Below, piece after piece: positions 59,359 through 64,000 of a stretch of 64,000 bases of DNA. The DNA is from Spirulina sp. (GTDB taxonomy: Bacteria; Cyanobacteriota; Cyanobacteriia; Phormidesmidales; Phormidesmidaceae). The stretch is taken from NCBI GenBank assembly GCA_044070495.1, contig JBIPSI010000016.1:32001-96000 (forward strand), read 5' to 3'. Within the stretch, counting starts at the first letter, position 1. Each line of letters opens with the position of its first letter. The position numbers were made by a program, and so were the translations under genes. Under the pieces are notes generated by a model that saw only the letters and a program-made list of their open reading frames with translations, made no database searches and had not been told where the DNA came from.

Positions 59359-60466
59359 CAATCCGGTGCAGCCCGTTCTGGCGATGCCGCCCGATATGGC
59401 CCTGTGGCAGCAGGGCGAGGCGATTGCAGACCCGGCGGCCCGCTGGCGCGTCTACCTGCATCATCTGGGATTCGCGGCCCTGCAAGCCTGGGTACAGGAG
59501 GAATGGGATCAACCGCTGCGGCTCTGGCCCGTCAACGCAGCGGAGCTCTGGCCGTGGGTGGAGGGGCTGGCCCTGGGGCTGGGTGATCGCCGCCTGGTGG
59601 TCATCCTCAGCGAGGCGATTGATGCCAGTGCTCTGACGGTGCCCCAGGAGTGGGTCGATATTCCCGGTTGGGCGGCGGACTACTACCTGGCGGCCCAGGT
59701 GGATGTGGACGAGCAGCGGCTGGTGCTGTGGGGCTATGGCACCCACGCCCAGGTGAAGACTCAGGGGCACTACGAACCGAGCGATTGCACCTACAGCCTG
59801 AGCGACGACGACCTAATTCAAGATTTTTCGGTCTTTTGGGTAGCCCAACAGCTCGAACAGCCCCAAACCTTTTCCCTGCCTGAGTTGCCTCCCCTCTCAG
59901 AGGCCCAGGCCGAGCGCCTGATCGATCGGCTGGTCTATGCGGTGGAACCGAGACTAGAAATTCCCTTTGAGCAGTGGGGGGCGCTGCTCAGCGATGAGGG
60001 CTGGCGGCAACGGCTCTGGCGACAGCGGCGGGGGATGGTGGACCTGAGCGGCTGGCTGAGGGATTTGGTAGAACCGGGCTGGCGATCTCTGACTTCGCTG
60101 TTGCCCCGCACTCCGGCTTTGGGGTTTCGCTCCAGCGGTACTCAAAGTGCGACGGTCAGTCGGGGCAAGGCCATCTGGCTCAGTCCTCCCGACTGTTTCC
60201 TAGTGCTGGGCCTGCGGGTGACACCCACCGAGGATGATCGCCGCCGTATTAGCGTGCAGCTCTTTCCCACCGATGTGGACCTGCTGCCTGTGGGCATGAC
60301 CCTGACTCTGGAACTGCCGGAAACCGGAGAGCCCCTGCAAACGGTGCAGGCGGGGGGGCAGGACAACTATATACAAATTCCCAGTTTTCGCTGTCCGCCG
60401 GGGCAGCGGTTTCGGGTGAGCATTCAGCTGGCAGATGCTATCGTGCAGGAGGACTTCGTCAGCTAA
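59342..60466 (+). CDS. DUF1822 family protein
   Basis: VPQEWVDIPGWAADYYLA, WGYGTH, LS.WL....PGW, DNYIQ..F....G..F. Confidence 0.9.
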   Translation: MSLVFDNPVQPVLAMPPDMALWQQGEAIADPAARWRVYLHHLGFAALQAWVQEEWDQPLRLWPVNAAELWPWVEGLALGLGDRRLVVILSEAIDASALTVPQEWVDIPGWAADYYLAAQVDVDEQRLVLWGYGTHAQVKTQGHYEPSDCTYSLSDDDLIQDFSVFWVAQQLEQPQTFSLPELPPLSEAQAERLIDRLVYAVEPRLEIPFEQWGALLSDEGWRQRLWRQRRGMVDLSGWLRDLVEPGWRSLTSLLPRTPALGFRSSGTQSATVSRGKAIWLSPPDCFLVLGLRVTPTEDDRRRISVQLFPTDVDLLPVGMTLTLELPETGEPLQTVQAGGQDNYIQIPSFRCPPGQRFRVSIQLADAIVQEDFVS

Positions 60467-60470
60467 TGCG

Positions 60471-62837
60471 ATGGAACAGCGCCTGTTGCTCAATCTGGGC
60501 CAGGGCGATTGGCACACCGGCTTTGCCAGCGTCACGGCTCAGCTTTGGGAAAATGAGCAGCCGCCCATGCAGTTTGTCGGCAGTTTGCCGCCGATGCCCC
60601 AGCTAGCGGCCCAGTACCAGCGCTGGCAGCAGCTTTACGAGGCTATCTACGGCAGCCAGAGCCGCTGGCGACGGTCGGCATCGCCCTTTGAGTTTGAAGC
60701 GGGGGCGCTCACCCATGTGTCGCACCAGGAGTTTGCCACCCTCTGCACCACCCTGCACACCGATCTAAACCAGTGGCTGATGGCGGCCACCTTTGCCCCC
60801 ATCGAGCGCCGCCTGCGCACGCACCTTTCGGCCCATGCCAACCTTCAGGTCATGCTCACCGCCCACGCCAAAGCGGTGCTGCGGTTCCCCTGGCGTCTGT
60901 GGCACTTGTTTGACGACTATCCCAATGCCGAACTCTCGTTGAGTCTGCCTGACTACGGACGCGCCCTGAAGCAGAGTCAGGGCAATTCCACAGGAACGGT
61001 CAGAATTTTGGCGGTGCTGGGCACAGACACCGGTATTGATATCGAAACCGATCGGCGGATTTTGAGCCAGTTACCCGACGCTGAGGTAACGCTGCTGGCT
61101 CAGCCCAACCTGAGGGAATTGCAGCATCAACTCTGGGAGTCCAGCTGGGATATTTTGTTTTTTGCGGGACACAGCAGCAGCCAGGGAAAGGGGCATCTCC
61201 AGGTCAACCCCACTGAATCACTAACCATTGAGCAGCTCAAATACGCCCTGCAACGCACCATCACTAATGGCTTACAGCTAGCGATTTTGAACTCCTGCGA
61301 CGGGCTGGGGCTGGCCTGGGATCTGGCGGATCTGCACCTGCCCCAAACCATCGTGATGCGGGAGCCGGTACCCGATGCAATCGCCCACCAGTTTCTCAAG
61401 GGGTTTTTGGCCCGGTTTGCCAGCGGTCAGCCCCTCTACAGCGCCGTGCGCGACGCCCGCGAACGGCTCCACGGCCTAAGCGAGCTGGGGATCTGCGCCG
61501 CCTGGCTGCCCGTGATTGTGCAAAACCCGGCGGAGGTGCCCCCCACCTGGCCACAGTTGGCGGGGCAACCCCAGGCGCAACCCACGCCCCCGGCGATGAC
61601 GCGGTTTCGGCCAAATCCGGCCCAGCGGCGGGTGGGCCTGGGCTGTCTGGCGATGGCCGCCACGGTTTTGGCCCTGCGCTGGTTCGGCTTCCTGCAACCG
61701 GCGGAGCTGTGGGCCTACGATGCCCTGCTGCGATCGCGCCCCCCAGAAACGCCGGACTCTCGCCTGCTGCTGGTGACGGTGGACGAGAGCGATATCCAGG
61801 CCCAAGCGGGGTTAGAACGGCGGGGTTCGGTAGCCGATGAGACCCTGCTCCAGACGCTGACCCTGCTGATGGAGGGGGAACCCCGCCTGATTGGCCTCGA
61901 TCTGTACCGCGACTTTTCGGCCAGCGATCCGGCCCTGGTTGAAGCCCTGGGGCAGCCCCATCTGGTGGGGCTGTGCAAAAGCCGGGATGCGATCGCAGGC
62001 TCGGTTGGCATCAGCCCGCCGCCAGAACTGCCCGCCACCCAGGTCGGCTTCAGTGACTTTATTGAAGAGGCCGATGGCCGGGTGCGGCGGCAACTGCTGA
62101 CCCTGACCCCCGACCCGGCTTCGCCCTGCACCTCGCCCTACGGCTTTGGGGCGCTGATCGCGATTCGCTACCTGCAAGCCACCGGGCTGCAACCCCGGTT
62201 TACCGCCCAGGGCGATTTGCAGATCGGGGAGGTGGTCTTGCCCCGGTTGACCAACCGCACTGGCGGACTGCAACGGATGGACAGCGGCGGCAATCAGATC
62301 CTGCTCAACTACCGCGCCCTGCCTACCCCCGACCAGATCGCAGCGACGGTTTCCCTCCAGCAGCTTTTGAATGGGCAGGTGAATTTGGAACGGCTGCGTG
62401 ATCGCATTGTCTTAATCGGCGTCACGGCCCCCAGTGGCGGCGATTACTGGTCTACCCCCTACGGCAGCCAGGGGCAGGCCCGAACGGCAGGCGTGTTTAT
62501 GCAGGCCCAGATGATCAGCCAGATCGTCAGCGCCGTGGAGGACGGGCGGCCCCTGATCTGGGTCTGGCCCCAGTGGGCCGAGGCGCTGTGTATTGCGGTG
62601 GGGGCGATTGCCGGTAGTCTGCTGGCCTGGCGCTGGCGATCAGCCCGGCTAGCTCTAGCCTGTGCGCTAACCACGAGTGCGCTGACTGTAGTCGCCTGGG
62701 CCACTCTATTCACAGGCGGATGGCTGCCGCTGTTGCCCACCCTGGTAGCCCTGAACAGTAGCGCGTTATTAACCGCTACCCTAACCCGCCCATCAGACCG
62801 ATATCTCCCTCTGAAATCAGCCGATGGGGGGCCGTAG
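60471..62837 (+). CDS. CHAT (caspase-like) + CHASE2 membrane protein
   Basis: CHAT dyad FFAGHS and LNSCDG, IVMREPVPD; TM; CHASE2 IGLDLYRD, DGRVRR, RIVLIG; C-terminal TMs. Confidence 0.9.
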   Translation: MEQRLLLNLGQGDWHTGFASVTAQLWENEQPPMQFVGSLPPMPQLAAQYQRWQQLYEAIYGSQSRWRRSASPFEFEAGALTHVSHQEFATLCTTLHTDLNQWLMAATFAPIERRLRTHLSAHANLQVMLTAHAKAVLRFPWRLWHLFDDYPNAELSLSLPDYGRALKQSQGNSTGTVRILAVLGTDTGIDIETDRRILSQLPDAEVTLLAQPNLRELQHQLWESSWDILFFAGHSSSQGKGHLQVNPTESLTIEQLKYALQRTITNGLQLAILNSCDGLGLAWDLADLHLPQTIVMREPVPDAIAHQFLKGFLARFASGQPLYSAVRDARERLHGLSELGICAAWLPVIVQNPAEVPPTWPQLAGQPQAQPTPPAMTRFRPNPAQRRVGLGCLAMAATVLALRWFGFLQPAELWAYDALLRSRPPETPDSRLLLVTVDESDIQAQAGLERRGSVADETLLQTLTLLMEGEPRLIGLDLYRDFSASDPALVEALGQPHLVGLCKSRDAIAGSVGISPPPELPATQVGFSDFIEEADGRVRRQLLTLTPDPASPCTSPYGFGALIAIRYLQATGLQPRFTAQGDLQIGEVVLPRLTNRTGGLQRMDSGGNQILLNYRALPTPDQIAATVSLQQLLNGQVNLERLRDRIVLIGVTAPSGGDYWSTPYGSQGQARTAGVFMQAQMISQIVSAVEDGRPLIWVWPQWAEALCIAVGAIAGSLLAWRWRSARLALACALTTSALTVVAWATLFTGGWLPLLPTLVALNSSALLTATLTRPSDRYLPLKSADGGP

Positions 62838-62925
62838 TCAGGGCTTACCCCCTCATCGAAACGTTACAAAATTGACAATCTCTGGCCCCCTTCCCCCATA
62901 CTTTGGAGGATAAATCCCTAGGAGC

Positions 62926-63663
62926 ATGACCATGAGACGTGCTGTGATGCGATCGTCCCTATCCGCCGCCATCTCCCTGGGGGTAGCTGCTGCCCTGGGA
63001 TGGCCCCTGGTGCCTGTGGCCCAGGCCGTGCCTACCCCACCCGACCAGGGCGCACCCAGCGGACGGCAGCGAGGTGGAGCTTCTCGCGGTGACTGTATGG
63101 CCTATCAAGGCTTGACCGCGCTGGTGCCCGTAGTGGATGGCAGCGTCTGGAGTCAGACCCATAGCCCCACCCCCGACTTCTTCTTTTACATTCCGCAATC
63201 CCTCACCGCAGACGTTCCCCTAGAGATGGTGGTGCAGGATAGCGACGATAACTACGTCTTCCGCAAGCAGTTCTCCGTCGATGCCGCCGCTGGCATTCTC
63301 ACGGTTCCGGTTAGCCCTGCCGAGACTGAACTGACCCCCGGCGAAAGCTACTCCTGGACCTTTTCAATCTACTGCGATGCAGCTCGTCCGTCGGCCTCGG
63401 TTGCTGTGTTTGGCACGGTTACTCGAGTGGCGGCTGGGACAATGCCTGAAGCAGGTCACCCCCTTACCCCGGCGCAACAGCTTGACCTGGCCAAGCAGTA
63501 TGCCGCTGCCGGGATCTGGCACGAAGCATTGGGGCTGACCCTGGCGCTGCATCAGGCCGACCCAGACAATGCCGAATACCTCGAAGCGTTGGATGCGCTG
63601 CTTCAACAGGCTGGACTGGCGGACTTATCGCCTGCTGTGTCGGTGAGTGAGGTGCCTGAGTGA
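62926..63663 (+). CDS. DUF928 domain protein
   Basis: Signal peptide, GAPSGR.RGGASRG.C, P.FFFYIP, Y.W.F.I.C, YA..GIWHEAL. Confidence 0.9.
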   Translation: MTMRRAVMRSSLSAAISLGVAAALGWPLVPVAQAVPTPPDQGAPSGRQRGGASRGDCMAYQGLTALVPVVDGSVWSQTHSPTPDFFFYIPQSLTADVPLEMVVQDSDDNYVFRKQFSVDAAAGILTVPVSPAETELTPGESYSWTFSIYCDAARPSASVAVFGTVTRVAAGTMPEAGHPLTPAQQLDLAKQYAAAGIWHEALGLTLALHQADPDNAEYLEALDALLQQAGLADLSPAVSVSEVPE

Positions 63664-63711
63664 TGGGGGCGGGGTGGTAGTGGGATGGTGGGGTAGTGAG
63701 ATGGTGGGAAG

Positions 63712-64000
63712 ATGGGGAGTTATGAAACCGGTGTAATTCGTGCTCGTTGGCCTTTGGCCGCAGGAGCTGCACTTTTGGGCATGGTTGGCAGCCCCTTTCT
63801 GGTGCAGGCGCAGGTGATCCCAGATGCCACCCTACCGTCAGAAAACTCTATCGTCACCACCGATGGCACGACCTCTCAAATCACGGGTGGGGCCATTCGG
63901 GGCGGCAACCTGTTCCACAGTTTTGAGCAGTTTTCGGTGCCCTTGGGCGATACCGTTGTCTTTGCCAACGGGGACAGCTTTGCCAACATCATCAACCGCG
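63712..64000 (+). CDS. Filamentous haemagglutinin N-terminal (TPS) domain protein, partial, runs off the window
   Basis: Signal peptide, then AQVIPDATL, ITGGAIRGGNLFHSFEQFSV, NIINR. Confidence 0.88.
   Translation, partial: MGSYETGVIRARWPLAAGAALLGMVGSPFLVQAQVIPDATLPSENSIVTTDGTTSQITGGAIRGGNLFHSFEQFSVPLGDTVVFANGDSFANIINR

Overview
Chromosomal window of a GC-rich cyanobacterium. It is probably a filamentous, non-heterocystous diazotroph of the Leptolyngbya/Nodosilinea type, inferred from cnfR/patB, argZ, inrS, gvpFG and smtAB. The first ~37 kb is mostly ordinary core genes (tldD/pmbA, UPF0182, PP2C phosphatase, crtL, avtA, rimM, ureEF, argZ, homogentisate phytyltransferase, tRNA-Gln), with REP/heptamer repeats, small MITE-like elements and one AT-rich repeat-plus-TPR gene. 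37.9-48.4 kb is a type III-B variant CRISPR locus: two arrays with the same 36-bp repeat (transcribed on the minus strand), HD-less Cas10 with intact GGDD, cmr3, cmr4, cmr5 and a Cmr6-Cmr1 fusion, with no cas1/cas2/cas6 or CARF effector in the window. Between the arrays sit a Uma2 gene and an uncharacterised TM + Rossmann-like protein, which is the best effector candidate. The arrays look like products of a module duplication, and array 2 carries an apparent off-register spacer integration. 49.7-54 kb holds a DUF4160/DUF2442 TA pair, a Y1/RAYT-type transposase whose middle is replaced by a four-helix-bundle gene framed by inverted TTCAAAR heptamer tracts, and a NACHT-GUN4 protein. After tRNA-Thr is a compositionally distinct (CGATCG/HIP1-rich) block encoding a sigma factor, DUF1822, CHAT-CHASE2, DUF928 and a filamentous haemagglutinin-type protein. 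All family calls come from motif recognition by eye; no database search was run.
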